Of a stretch of 64,000 nucleotides of DNA, positions 26,874 through 41,712 are shown one piece after another. Within the stretch, counting starts at the first letter, position 1. Every line of letters begins with the position of its first letter. Position numbers and translations under genes: made by a program. A model generated the notes under the pieces. The model was given only the letters and a program-made list of their open reading frames with translations. It ran no database searches and was not told the origin of the DNA. The DNA comes from Paraspadella gotoi (lineage: Eukaryota; Animalia; Chaetognatha): NCBI GenBank assembly GCA_051294375.1, contig CM119270.1:10436766-10500765 (forward strand), written 5' to 3'.

Positions 26874-28048
26874 TATTTGGAAGAAGTCTTTGTTTCTTTC
26901 GGCCCCATATTTTGAACGGCGGAAGTGGGTGTGTGGGCGTGGCAACGTTTTCGGGCAAATTACAGGATGGGAAAGGCAGACGACCGAGGTTTGATATTTT
27001 TAGCTGACAGACACAAATTGATAGAAAAAAAAATTCAAGAAGCTTTTAAAGAATTTTAAAATATTTTGCAGACAAATCAACTTCAAGTTCATAATTTTTA
27101 CCATGACAGGTTTTTCACCAACCAATTTATTTATTTTTCTGTATTTTCTGTATTTAAATTATTCCTCTACCAAATGATTTCAAATTTCCTCTCTTCCCCA
27201 CAGTATATTTCTCTCAACCCCTTTCGGCAACCGGATTTCCCCGTCGTCTGCGCTCTGAATGCGTCGCTGCTTCTCTTGCGAAGTCGAAAATCGATTCATT
27301 CGCTGTTTACCATATTTGGTGACGAGAGGAGATCGGCTTGGCTGAGTTTCGTCAAAGTTTCGAGAAATGGGGAGGGGGTTCCCGGGTATTGGGGATTTCG
27401 TTATTCATTTGAAAGGAAGGAAGGAGAGAGCGAGAAAGGGGAAGTTCTCACTTTTTCTTCCAACGCATTAAAGGGATCCATGCTTTTGATGTTTGTCCTG
27501 TTTGTCACAGAACGATGAAGATGACGGTTGACGGATTGTTTACAAACAACAATAACGACAACAGCAAACACAATGGCGTCAAAAAAACCTGAGAGAAAAA
27601 TTAGTAGAAATAAAAAAACATGATATAGTATGTTGGTATGATGATTGAAATCAGTGATAACCGATTCTATTTAATAATAAAATGGCCATCACAAATATAA
27701 CAACAGCTGAGATGAAGCAGAGAATGACAACGACCATCAAGTCAAAATACATCAACAAAAACGACGAAGCTGACGATGACGAAGCCGAAGACGACGAAGA
27801 CGACAACGACGACGACGACGACGAAGGGAAAGACATCGTTGATTCCAAGGAAGCCTCAAGTCTCCCGGAGAAAAAAAGAGTTAAACTTCTCGAGTTTAAT
27901 TCGCAGAAAATAAAATTGCAAATGAGGAACTGTTGTTGCCGCCTGTGGAAAATAAAGAGAAGGAAAATACGAAGGAAAAAAAAGAAGAAAAAGGGGAAAA
28001 ACTAAACTAAGAAGTCGACGCCATTTTCTTCCTTCTTCGAGATGCCTG

Positions 28049-28103
<55 letters not shown>

Positions 28104-28226
28104 CGTCTTAATTATTCGTCTTAAACTAATTAAATTACGAAGAGAAAGTCGAACCAGAGTACTAATGCCTTCGGGGAAAGGAATAAGGGAGCTCGGAGGA
28201 AAGAGAAAAGTGAGAGAGAGAGCGAA

Positions 28227-28317
<91 letters not shown>

Positions 28318-29713
28318 TAAGAATCAAGAAGGGAAGACGTGGTGCAGACGCCACATTGTCGAACGACCACCACCCATGACGACGATACAGGAAAATAATT
28401 AAATTCTTGTCTATTTATTCTATATTTTATTCTATAATTTAACATACTCCACAAGAATATTTGATAGAGATCTTGACTTTCTTACTAGAACAATCGGGTC
28501 AGCTCAGGATCTTGCTTGGTTCATTTACCTTTCAAAATCTCCATGATCTTTTCGTAATCTTAATATTTAACTTTAATCTATCATCGCTTAACAAAAAATC
28601 TTTGCGTAACTGAGGAAAATTCTTGTATAAAAGAATGTTCTTATCAAAACTTTGGTAGGCGGATTCAATATTTTCTCCGACCGCAACGCCAGGAATACAA
28701 ACAAACATTCAACGAAATCTGCGTCTCGTCTATCAGACGGAAATCCGAGAAACTAAAACAAATAAATGAAAACAAAAGAAGAAATAACTAAACAAAAAAT
28801 CAAAACAAATCAATGCAGCAAAACTCAACGCATGGGCCTTGATAATTTCCTTTATATGCGGACGTCTTTTGGAAAAAGTTATTATTCGGAGATTTCCTCG
28901 CTCCGTATTCAGTATATTGTTCAGACAATTCAAGATGCTCGGGCAAAATCTCGGTGAAATCTATCTAAAATCTATCAGGATAGCAATAATCTTTCTTCCA
29001 ACGTTGATACGGCAAAAGTCACGGAAACCTTAACGCTGCTCCGTTTTCCCATTTGTCGATCTCGTTCAAACATTTTTCTGATTCCAATCGGGACTAAAAA
29101 AAATTATTGTTCAAGTTGAAACATCAAAAAAATATTAAAATCCGAACTGAAAATAAAAAAGAAAAAAAAAGATAAAACGTTTTGTTGTTTAAACTTTCGT
29201 CGTCTTTAGTGCTGACATCGACGATATCTGTGACGACTATGACTCACACAACTTGTGATTTACTTCTCACTCTTCTTTTTGCCCATCACCTTAACCCTCG
29301 CTGCGTTTTCAATCTCACCGTCGTATCTGTTTCAGACATTGAAAAAAAAACAAAAACAAAAAACAAAAGAGCAGCCCTCCTCTCTTCTTTTTTCTTTTGT
29401 TGACGTGGATAATAAGAACTGTTTTATCTCCTCCGCTATCCTCGACTTCGTTAATGTCAAAATTTCTTTTTTTATTTCCCAAAAAAGAGTCAAGTTATGA
29501 GTTTATGATATTTTGCTCGTATTTACGATGACGATGACGACCCATTGTCACAATTTAACTTTTTTCCCTTAAAATTTAAAAAAAAATTTTTTTTTGTTCC
29601 CTCACGCTTTTTTACTTTTTTTGTGTGTTCACCCTTTTTTTTCTGAGCCCTATTGTGCTATGCTCTTCTTTTGTTATTTCCTCGTCCTTTCTCTTTCCGC
29701 AACCCTGGGTGCG

Positions 29714-29797
<84 letters not shown>

Positions 29798-29868
29798 TTT
29801 CACAACCCTCCGGGTCTGCTCCACCAACGTGTCTGGTGCCCATGCCCCGAAACTGTTTGCATTCAAAA

Positions 29869-29935
<67 letters not shown>

Positions 29936-30860
29936 CGCTCGAATTTTTGAATTTTGATACATGATTCCCTTCTCCTTTTTCTCCGGGACTGGATGCACGA
30001 CAACGAAGACGACGACGACGGAGAACGACGACGATTCTAAAGACAATTCACCTCCAGCTATTTTGAATCTTTTATATTTAAGAATAATCAGAATTAAGTT
30101 TTCTTCGCAAGTGACCTTGGAAAAACTACGATAAACTAAAATAAAAAAAACCCTTTTCTCCCTCTCTCTTTCTTTTCTTCTATCTTTCTTCCTTTTTCTC
30201 ATTAATGTCATCCTTTTACAAGGCGACGGACCGGCGCAACTGAACAATGACGTTACGTTGTTCCTTTGTCATCTCTCGCCAGACAACTCTTTTAGATGCT
30301 TGGCAAACAAAAGGTCAGAGAAACGAATTTGCGGGTTAGATTGAACGTATAGTTTAACAACAATATACACAGATGGCTGTTTAACAAGTATGCTAAAACT
30401 AAAAAATTGCCTCAAACCATTTGTCACAACTAAAATTAAAATTGGTCTTTTAACTAATTAATGAATCAAATGGGGAGTTGTTATTCTACAAAACATTTAA
30501 TACACATTACACAAATACTGCCAAACAAACACAAATTCATTGAAGTACATTTCAATTCCTTAAAATTAAAAAAAATAAATAAAAACTCCTTCAGTCTAAA
30601 CATTTCGGAATTAAAAACCCGTTATGATCCGAAGCGAGGGGACCGCTTATATTGAACGGTTCTGTCACTAACACATAACAATAATTACTGTCTCTTCACC
30701 GTAAAGGATCTCCTTGTTTATTCAGGATCTTTTTTCTCGATTAAGAGGCGGAGGAGATTTGGATTGGCTTCTGGCTTCTGGCTATTTACAGCTGTTCAAT
30801 AACAAATCATCGGACGCCGAAAAAAAATACCCTCTTGTGTTTCTTTGTTTTCTCTCAATT

Positions 30861-30987
<127 letters not shown>

Positions 30988-32026
30988 CCGAATTTTTCTT
31001 TTCACTCTCGACTTTCCAAAGTCGCCCTCCAGCTTCCCATCGGCGATGCCATTGGCGGGATCGTCTCATTTCCAGCCTTCAATTGGTTCGAATTCTCTTC
31101 AATTGGAGATTTGGGTTTTAATCCTTTTTTTATTCCTTTGAGGGTCATTCCAACGTGATAATCCCTCTATTCGGTACCGATAACGGAGACGACCTTAATT
31201 TTCTTATAATAATAAAAATTGCTTTCTTTAGATTGGCTTAATTGTTTATTTGATGGCGATTATCAAAATATGTTTTTGTTAGCGAATAAGAGGATTGGCT
31301 TTTTTTAAAAAAATGAAAGGAGCAGAATTAATAAGACACAAGTGAGTACAACAATATACAAAAGTTAGTTCAAACAATACAGATAAAGAAGCGATCTTGA
31401 CCCTGAATTTAGATAGGCTATATATATTATTTATTTTTTTATGAAAAAAGGTTTGAAAATCTCTAAAATATACTCTCCCTATGCTAAATTATTTAACTTT
31501 TTTAAACTTTTAGCTACAAAAAAAATCAACAACAATCGAATCGACTCTGAAGGAAACAACAACAACAACGACAAAAACCTGCCGATTCCCCCCCCCCAAA
31601 AAAAGGGAGCAGCCATCTGCCATCGATAGCGAAAGAGGTTCTCTCGCTTCGTTTTGATTAAACTAATGGCGTAATCGCCGAAGATACGATCGCGATAGGG
31701 AGAGCGAGAGATGAGATAGAGAGGGAGTCCCGAACCTTTTTTTTCTTCCTCGTGGCGTAAATCGATCGATTCTTCGTCGCTTAATTGACGCGTTTGACGT
31801 CGACTTCGTAATCGTCGTAATCGGCGTCAACGACGTAATCGATGTAACTCTCGTAATGGACGTAATTTGACGGCGCGGTCGACGTCATCCAACCTTAACG
31901 GAATCACTACAATGTAGCGGCCGTGTTTGGAACTCTGGCGAAGGGGAAAGCTTGTAGTTAAGCTTGTATCTAAGAGAAAACTGAACAATAAATATCTTCT
32001 TCCAAATACATTTTTACCCGTTTTGT

Positions 32027-32118
<92 letters not shown>

Positions 32119-32950
32119 CTCTTCCCCTCCGAAAATACCGAGTCTTATCGAAACGCCGCTAATTTTCTCTTTGGCAACAACGCAGCAACAAAGGAGAGAG
32201 AAGGCCTGAGTCGCTGAAAGAGAGAGTGGGTTGTTTTGGGGTTTTTGGTGGTTGTGGTTAGGGAGTGGTTTTGCGGGCTGGTGGAAGGTGGACTGTGGCT
32301 GAAAGGATGTGCAATAAATTTTTGTTTACATGTTCGACGGAATTTTACTTGAAATCAGATTCGAAGTTTTTTTACTTTATTACTTTTTTACTATATATAT
32401 ATACGTTTTGGGGAGACAACAACATAATTGTTGACCATAATCAACTTATTACCAACCCGTAACCGAGGTCATGTTAGTGACTATAATTGACCTTACCTTC
32501 GTATTATTGATTGTTTTCGTAGTTTTTGTTGTTGTCGCCTCAGTTTGCTACTTTCTATAGCTTTTTGATCAAATCCAAAACTGATACATTATCTAGTTAG
32601 GTGACCACCATTTCTCCCCTCCCCACGACACAGCCCATGACAACGTTCCTTGTCCAAAGTCGGTCCACCCTAATCCGTTCATTGGCTGCAAATGAACCTC
32701 AAAAGAATTTTTAATTTTCTCCCAAAGTTAAAATCGTTCGTTTTTTTTTCTTTTTCGTTTCTCCTCTTCTCTTGTTGTTTCTGGTTGTTTTTTTACGCGA
32801 ATCACAAATTAAATTCGTCGCTTAGCAACGCCGACCACGAGTGAGAGAAAGAGAGAGAGAGAGAAAGAATAAGATGAAGGGGAAAAGATAGACTGAGAGA
32901 GAGTGCGAGAGAATATGGTAGGTCACCATTATAAAAATTGTAATTCACTA

Positions 32951-33021
<71 letters not shown>

Positions 33022-33405
33022 GTAATTTCATTTTTTTCTCCCTTTCCATTCCTCCTCTTCCTTTATCGCTTCCTCCCTTTTCTTTCCTCCCCTTCCTCCA
33101 TTCCGTTCCTCCTTTTTTCTCTCTATTTTTTCCTCGTTGCTGTTAATGACGGATTCCGGATGAGGTTAATGAATGGCGGATGGAGGGAAGGAAAAAGATA
33201 AAACGTCACAGAGGAGGAAGAGGAGGAAGAAGAGGAAGAGGAGGAGCGTGGGGAAGTGAAGAATGCTGAAAAAAAAGAATGGAGGCACAAAGAAAAGAAA
33301 AAAAAAGAAAATAGGGAATGAAAAAAATGAGCAGAAGCTAAGAAGGTAATTAGCGGGGGTACAAGTTGAAATCTAAGGAAACGGGAAAGCAACAAGGAAG
33401 AAGTT

Positions 33406-33464
<59 letters not shown>

Positions 33465-35313
33465 ACAAATAAAGAGTACCCTAGAAGGTACATAAAAGCT
33501 ACTGTCGTTAAATGAACTGTCGAGCTTAAAATTAAGCTTAAAATTAATCCATCTTAATATTTAAATTAATTTGTAAAAGCTAATATTTTCCTATAATTCA
33601 TTTTGTGTGATTGCTGTTATTGTTTGCGGCGTCCGCGACGCGGCTTCGACGGCGCCATGGGCCGCGGAGACGGTTGTTCCGATACTAAAATGAGGAAACC
33701 TTATAACATACAATCAATCTCATAAGTATTTTTTTTTTCTCGTCTCATATTGTATTGGCCACATTTTCTATATACATTTCTAAAAATCCCGGAATTTCCG
33801 ACCGAGATTATCCCTTTCTTTATCCCCCTCCATCATCCTCCTCAAAATCTCCCCGCCCACCTTCACCCCCACCCACCACAACTCTCCACCACCCACCCAA
33901 ACGGGATCCTCCGCCTCGAAACTCTGCCCTCCGCCGCGACCTTCAGCGTCTTTCAAATGTACGCCAAAAACTCGGAATGACTCGCGATTCGTTGGCGTAA
34001 GACGTGGCGTGTAAGATTGGGCGAAACTGGAGTGGCGTAATTGAATGGTTTTAAAACCTCCCAGCCTTGAGTTAGTAAATAAGTGAACAATGCGCATTTA
34101 AGTTTTTTGTTTTTTAACTTTTTTCTAGTCAAGTCATTCTATCAATCTATGGTACGGAGATACGTACACGTCGAACAGTTTTTTTTTTTTCCTTGGAAGT
34201 ATTTTCCTTCCTCGTTTCCTTCAACTTTGTTTCCTTCTTATAATTTTCCCGTTCTTCGTTTCCCTCCTCTTTTCTCCCTTTCTTTCTCTCCCTTTTCCAA
34301 TATTCCAATCCAACTCTTCTGGTATCGATGGCGCAAATCTCTTGGCATTCCTCCTTTTTTTTCTTTTCCCTTCATTTTCTTTCCTCCCTCGCCTCCTTTT
34401 TCTCTCCACCATTACCTTGGCATTCTTCCTTACTTTTTTTTCCATTCGCTTCCGCAGCACCCTTGGAATTTTTTCCTTTTCCACCGAAAACTGCGGAAGA
34501 TGGAATTTGTGGTTGAACCCCTTTGTTTCGCTTTGTACTCTAAGACTTACCTTCTTCGTTTCTTCTTCCTCCTTAATTCTTCTACTCTCTATTTATCATT
34601 TTATGATATTGATACCAAAATAGTAAATAGACGAGATTTTGAGTCAAAAATCGGAGTTGAATTTATTAAAAGCAAAGAATTCTATCTACAAGAGAACAAT
34701 CGTTTTTCAAGCCAGAGAAAGGGATCCAAGACGTGAGATACAAGACGCCAATGGAACCATTGTTTCCATCTTTAATATGAAGATTTTCCATTTATTTAAT
34801 AAGAAGCGATTTTTCCCTTGACTTGGGACTGGTTATTTTAAGTAAGTAGTGATATGTTAATTAAATATTAATTAATGTTAAAAATTTTGTCCGTTTTCTT
34901 CCTTCCAACGGAATTTCTATGATATTTTCTCGTCTCCTTTCTCCCTTTTCTCCTTTCCTCAAGACCCAATCTTTCGACTTCCGTTTTATGAGTTTAATAT
35001 CTCCCCCTTTCCATTTTCCTCCCTCCACACCACCACCCCCCCCTCTCTGCCATCCTCCTTCTTCCAACTTCCACTTTATTGCTTTCTCATACTCGGTTTG
35101 CCCTCGCCTGACCTCGTGGGCGTTCCTGCGCCGGGCCTCACCCGTGCCAGCCGCCGTCCCCGCGACAAGGATTCCGCGCCGGGGGAGTGGGGGAGTTTAG
35201 GGTGGTGGTCGGGGTGGTGGATGGAGTGGTGGATGGGGTGGAGACAGGGTGGAGAAAAAAGGGGTCGGGTGAAGTCGAACGTCGCGATACTTAGTAATAA
35301 ACCCATGTTCCGA

Positions 35314-35350
<37 letters not shown>

Positions 35351-36053
35351 CTCTTCCCTTCTCTCTCTCTCTCTTCTCTCTCTCTCCCTCCTCATCCTTC
35401 CCCTTTTGCGTTCTCTCGCTATCTCTCTCTCTGTCCTCACTTCTAATTTCTCTCGGGGGGTGTTCTTTTGAACCCAGTTAAAACGAAAAAAGCTACAAGT
35501 GTGAACTTGGGTTGGATCCAGTTCTTCTTTTTAGTTCATCTTTGAATTTTTAGTCGTTGACAACCTTAAAAGCGTTTAAAATGAGGATAAGAAAAAACAT
35601 TAAAAACTATGATTGACTTTATTAAATTCTATTTTTCGGTATGCGTATTATAACTGCAGTCTTATTACATGACCTTTGTTAGTTTGTTCTTTCCTTTATA
35701 AGTCTTTGTAACCTTTAGTAGGCTGATTAGGGTATTAGTTATTATTTATTATTATTATTTGGTGTTTCCTTCTAATAGATTTTATTTTATGCCGATTCGA
35801 ATTTCCTCTCTTCAAGTCGTCCATTCGTAAAAAAATATACCTCTGTAAACATAGAAAAATTGCGATTATAATAAAAATAGCCAATTCGGAAGGATGCTCT
35901 AACAAATGATTCACCTCGACGATTCGTTCGACAAATACCGTTCCGGCGGTCTTTGCCTAAACTCGATACTCTTCCGTTCTCCATTCTCGATCTCATAGAA
36001 ATTGGCGTGCCCACTTCTGTTTGGTCGTGAATAAACGTTTCCTTCCATATCTC

Positions 36054-36086
<33 letters not shown>

Positions 36087-36461
36087 TCTNNNNNNNNNNN
36101 NNNNNNNNNNNNNNNNNNNNNNNNNNNNNNNNNNNNNNNNNNNNNNNNNNNNNNNNNNNNNNNNNNNNNNNNNNNNNNNNNNNNNNNNNNNNNNNNNNNN
36201 NNNNNNNNNNNNNNNNNNNNNNNNNNNNNNNNNNNCTCTCTCTCTCCCTCTCCCACTCCACCAGAGAGAGAGAAGAAAGTGGAATAGCTGGAATTGCAGC
36301 GAACCGCAATAAAGGATCGGGTCATTTCTAGGGCGGCTCAAGTAAGGCTGAACTTCAGCATTTGAGGTGGCGGCGGAGGAAAACATTGAAACACCTTGCA
36401 TTAGCCTTTTGTACCGGGCCACGGGCTGAGAGAGGGGGCTAGAAAGAGAGGAGGGAGAGAG

Positions 36462-36563
<102 letters not shown>

Positions 36564-38706
36564 AAGGTTTGGGCGCCATTTATTTCCAAATCAATTTGCT
36601 TTGTTTTGTCGGTCGCTGAGTTTCTGCTTAGTAATAAAAAATTATATTCAATTCTATTTGCCTGAATTAAACAATCATTAATTAATAAGATATCAAATGC
36701 TCCATAATGAATGAAAATTAAGAAAAAAAAAGCAAAAGAGATTTTATCTGCCTCTGTTCTTTTTACCTCCTCACTTCCCCTATACTCTTCCTCCCCTTCC
36801 CCTCCCTCTCACTTCCCTTATACTCTTCCTCCCCTTCCCCTCCCTCTCACTTCCCCTTCTTTCTCTTCTCTGGCGCCTGGATGCCTGGCCAGAGTCCTTC
36901 TCTCTCTTGTGCTTCTTTTCAAAGTTGTCAATGGTGTTTTGAATGATAAATCAGCGGAGATTCAGAGGCTGAGAGAGCAACTGCACAACAACAACGATAA
37001 AGACTCGAACCAATCACGACGAAAGCGACGAGCGTTGACGACGACGACGACGACGACGACGTCGACGACGGCGTCAACAACAACGAAAGCGACAATGTTA
37101 TGAATAAGATTAGAATAGGTCAGAATAAATAAAAACTAACTTGCTAATAGTTGCTAATAAAGAATTAACAGTTATCGCCAAAATTTCTAGATAAACATCC
37201 TAAAACTGAAACAGTACGTAATTGCAAAGGTTTGAGCTTTTCATCATCGTCCATTTGGCGAGTCGTAATCATTCGGCTAACAAAAGCACAACGACAACTC
37301 CTTTCATCCGAGAGAGAGAGANNNNNNNNNNNNNNNNNNNNNNNNNNNNNNNNNNNNNNNNNNNNNNNNNNNNNNNNNNNNNNNNNNNNNNNNNNNNNNN
37401 NNNNNNNNNNNNNNNNNNNNNNNNNNNNNNNNNNNNNNNNNNNNNNNNNNNNNNNNNNNNNNNNNNNNNNNNNNNNNNNNNNNNNNNNNNNNNNNNNNNN
37501 NNNNNNNNNNNNNNNNNNNNNNNNNNNNNNNNNNNNNNNNNNNNNNNNNNNNNNNNNNNNNNNNNNNNAGAGAGAGAGAGGGAGAAAGAGAGAGAGAGAG
37601 AGAACCTTTTTTTCTCAATGGTCATTCGATGAGAGTGATTTGGCAAAGGGCAGATAGAGGAAAGCGAGAAGGAAAAAATGAAAAAAGGAAAGAAAAAAGA
37701 GAAGAAGTGAGGAGTGAGAGAAAAGGGAGGCTTTATTGTGACAAAGAGATTTCGATATTAAAAATTAGGGAGTTTATATAGTAGTCTGAAAGTGGTAATC
37801 TTAAAAAAAAGGGAAAAAATAAGAAGAATAGGAAGATGTGAGCGTTTCTTTGACTGAGAAGGAAAGAAGTGATTGTTTTCATTTGGAGAGAATTAAGCGA
37901 AGATTCGTCAATCATATTTCGAATTCGAAGTCGCTTTGTACCTGAATTACTTTGGGTCGATCCAGAAAAGAAAGAATGAAGATAATAACAAAAAAACACT
38001 TTGAATAAGAAAAGAATAATCTTACGTATAATGAAAATCTGAGAATGAGAAAAGTTCTAAAGAAATATATAAAAATTATGGGAAGATAAAAAATAAAAAT
38101 ATTTTCTAACTTTCTTTGTTTAGCAACGAAGTTGTCAAATATTAAGAAATTGGTACAACTGTAGATCGAATCAAATATTATTTAAAGCCTTAACAAAGAA
38201 TTCCAAGATCTTTTGTTTTCTTCTCCAAAGTAGATGATTCACCAAGTACGCTCAGATGTCTCGAACGGATTTTACTTTTGTTATGATTGTTTTCTTTAAA
38301 CTGATTGTTATCTGATTACTTCAGACTGGTTTTCACTCTAAAGGAATAAATATGATCTACTGTTTATTCTTTCTCTCTCTATGTAAATAGTACATTTGAT
38401 AGAAGAGAAAAACTCAGATCACTTTACTGAAACAATTGGATAAAACATTTGTGCTTTCCCTGCGATATACCATACCTCAGTGTGGAGGACTCGATGTGCA
38501 ATCTTAAGCCACACTTGGTAAGCACGAACGCGAACCAAAGCCAACCTTCAACCAAGAACTGGAGCAACAACAATATCTTTTCCGAGGTAGATTGGATGTG
38601 AGAATTGGGATTAAGCGAATCCATCCAATCGCTGACAACAACCCTTTTCCCCTTTCTCCACTTACCCATCCTTCAATCAAAACGACGACCGCCGTCGACG
38701 AGCCAG

Positions 38707-39342
38707 ATGAGCGACGCCGACCACCGCTACCGCCTCCGCTCACACTCAGCGCGACACGGAGAGCCAGCGAACAGGGTACGACTTTACAGCTACCTTTCGG
38801 TTTCGGGCGATGGACACAGCGATCAGCTTCGACGTCGCCAACTTCGCCGACTGCGGCGCCAACATTCAAACTATCAGGCAAACGACGCCGTCATGGCAAC
38901 TTGGTGGCGGGCCACGGACAGAGGAGTTACGCGGCGAGAACGAGGAACTACGCGCGGCGCTGCCGCGGCAACTCGGCCCTCGGAGCGCGGCATCAAATCG
39001 GAAGCCGCGACTCCCCGAGTTCGACACAGGAACTATCGGATCTGATACGCAGAGTAGAGCGCCCGCCTACACTCGAGCGGGGATTTCGGCCGCCGAAATA
39101 GTAAATATTCGCCCACTTAGAATCTAAAGATCGCGGTGAAGGTTGAATCAGAAGATCAATCAATTCCTTTTCGGCGAGGCGACAGAGGCGGCTTGGAACC
39201 AGTTCCCTCTCTACTTACGAACGGAATCACGGCGATCTACCCTCGCAGGCTGCCCCAAGCTAGGCTTGCAACTCTACTCGATGCCCTGGACGCCGACGGT
39301 CTCAAACCTTCCAAGCTCCTCGCCAATCATTTAATAAATAAG
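38707..39342 (+). mobile_element. gag: Frameshifted Gypsy/Ty3-type LTR-retrotransposon gag fragment
   Basis: Joining frames gives MSDADHRYRLRS...EELRGENEELRAAL...KPRLPEFD...LIRRVER/AYTRAGIS...QARLATLLDALDADGLKPSKLL. This follows the LPEF...VE..F...GI...RL..LL......D.KPS.LL motif order I recall for invertebrate Gypsy gag N-termini. The segment is GC-rich against its flanks; no pol or LTR pair seen. Confidence 0.65.
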
Positions 39343-39365
39343 CTATCTCGCCCCAGTTTTTGGAC

Positions 39366-39442
39366 AGGCTTTGGCGGTTTTAGGCCTCCATTGCTATTAC
39401 AAGATAATGACATAGCATGTCCCTGTAAGCTTTCAATCAAGA
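39366..39442 (-). repeat. Dispersed repeat fragment (homologue of 13215-13291)
   Basis: Reverse-complement match to 13215-13291. Confidence 0.85.
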
Positions 39443-39904
39443 TATTAAGTTGATATTAAGTTGATTTTAAGTCAGACGGAGGGGTAGAGGAGTACGTAAG
39501 AGGAAGAAGAGGCAGAAGAGAAGGAGGAGGAGGAGGAGGTAGAGAAGGAAGAAGTTTAATCGAATTAAAGGAAAAAAAGAAAAAAAAAGAAAAGAAACGA
39601 AAAAAGGATAATCGATTTCGGAGACTGAAATTCGGTTTGACGATCATCATGTTGACCATCATCGTCGATGGCGTCGTCATCATCGTCATTTTTTTGTGAT
39701 AGTTACTATTATTTTTTGTAAAATCATGATTCTAACTTACTAATAATAGTTAGGAAAAAATGCTACAACAAATGGAAAAAAATTACAAAAGAAAGAAAGG
39801 TATAAAAGGAGAAAAATATTAAGAGAGAAAAAATACAAAAAGAAAGACAAAAAGACAAAAAATGAAATAAGAGAGAAAGAAATAAAAAAAAAGAAAGAAA
39901 AGGA

Positions 39905-39921
39905 AAAGAAAGAAAGAAAAA

Positions 39922-40005
<84 letters not shown>

Positions 40006-40030
40006 AAAAAAGATAGAAAGACAGAAAGAC

Positions 40031-40060
<30 letters not shown>
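39905..40060. repeat. (GAAA)n microsatellite
   Basis: Tetranucleotide run. Confidence 0.95.
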
Positions 40061-40062
<2 letters not shown>

Positions 40063-40157
40063 TGCCTCGGCGGAAGCGGCGTCTGTCGAAAAGAAGGAGG
40101 TTGGCGCCAGAGACGCCTCCCTATTGAAGCCTGTCATAACGATGCTCCTCTTCAAAA

Positions 40158-40216
<59 letters not shown>

Positions 40217-40331
40217 CTCTATCTCTTTTTTTTTTCCGTCCCGCATCATGGGAACGGTCGATGAGGGAATCATCCTTTTCGAATGGCAAGACCCACAAAA
40301 GGCATCAATCTTCTGATTGACGCTTTGAGAG

Positions 40332-40367
<36 letters not shown>

Positions 40368-40780
40368 AGAGGAGAGAGAGAAGAGAGGAGAGAGAGAGAG
40401 AGAGATGAAGGAGGAGAGAGAGAGACAGGCGGTCGCCAATATGCTAATGGATTAAGGAGGTCGTCTTTTTCAAAACCTCTGCCCCTTCCATTGTCGACGT
40501 CAAAAATCTTTGCGAGGATTTTTTTTCGGAAATAAAAAGAAAATATTTAAAAATTTTGCTGTTTTATTTTTGATTTTTTACATTAAACTGAATTAACGTA
40601 TTGTGCTCGATGTTCCGGTAATAGTTCATAAGTCATAAGCAAAAATTCGTATTTTTGTTGTAAAGAGTTTGCGAATGGCGCAGAGGAGGACGAAAATAAT
40701 GGGTCACAGAATGGCGCACCTTCAAGGCGCCGCGAGTGCTATTTTGCGGACGAGGTCGTCAGCAATGGTGGTGACGAAAA

Positions 40781-40820
<40 letters not shown>

Positions 40821-41344
40821 TCTCGATCAACGGCGCCATTGAAACGGTTTTTTCGGGTGAGGTTAGTTGGGACGTAAGGAGGGAAGGAAGGTGTATGAAA
40901 TGTAAATGGAGAAGGGGGAAGTGTGTTGGAGTGAAAGAGAACAGATTAGGCGCTGTCGTACATACAAAAATGAAGGAAGAAGACAATTTAGTAATAATTT
41001 TAAAATAAACAATTTTAATGATAATCATTATCTTTTTTTTCAAAAATTTCGATCCTGTTTTTTTGTTTTTGTTTTTTTTTGCTAAAAATCATCAAAAAAT
41101 CTCTTCTCTTTTAGCGACGGGCGGTCATTCCTCGGTCGTTCTCCTCTTTGTTCTTTGTTCCGTCTTTATACAATCAGATGATGGCTTTGTATACAAACAG
41201 ATGATCGCATCTCGCGCCTTCCTTTCAATGGCGCACACATTCCGCACAAAAAAGGCGTCTAGACAGAAAATGAGGCGAAATTCGCGGACTGAATAGAAAA
41301 TTTCTGAGATTGCGAGATCGAGAGAAAATTTTTGCCAGGGTCTC

Positions 41345-41497
41345 TTTTTTTAGTCGGATCTGCTTATCCCATATTCCGACTCTATAATTTACTTTGTCGG
41401 TCCATCGGTCCCACCCCAAAATCTTGTCGGTAAATTTTTTTTATCATATCAAAATATCAAATTATGATAAATTATGCAAAAAAAATGATATCCGTCC

Positions 41498-41531
<34 letters not shown>

Positions 41532-41705
41532 GTGTCTATCTGAAGGTCCGTCTCACCTTTTCATTAAATTCCAATTACTCGTGATTGGATGGATAGATTG
41601 GAATGACATTTTGTGTGTGGGTAGGAAAGTGTGTGATTGAGCTGGATATAAACTTTGATGGAATCGTGTGAGTGGAAATCAGTTTAAATGGAAAAAACAA
41701 AATTC
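41345..41705 (+). mobile_element. 5' part of a DINE-1-like HINE (same family as 10429-12610)
   Basis: T-run, then agtcggatctgc...attccgactctata hairpin, core (ctttgtcggtcc.tcggtcc...atcttgtcgg...aattatgataaattatgcaaaaaaaa), (GTCY)n at 41491-41530, then one 147-bp unit; collinear with the reverse complement of 12250-12610. Confidence 0.8.
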
Positions 41706-41712
41706 GGTTCCA

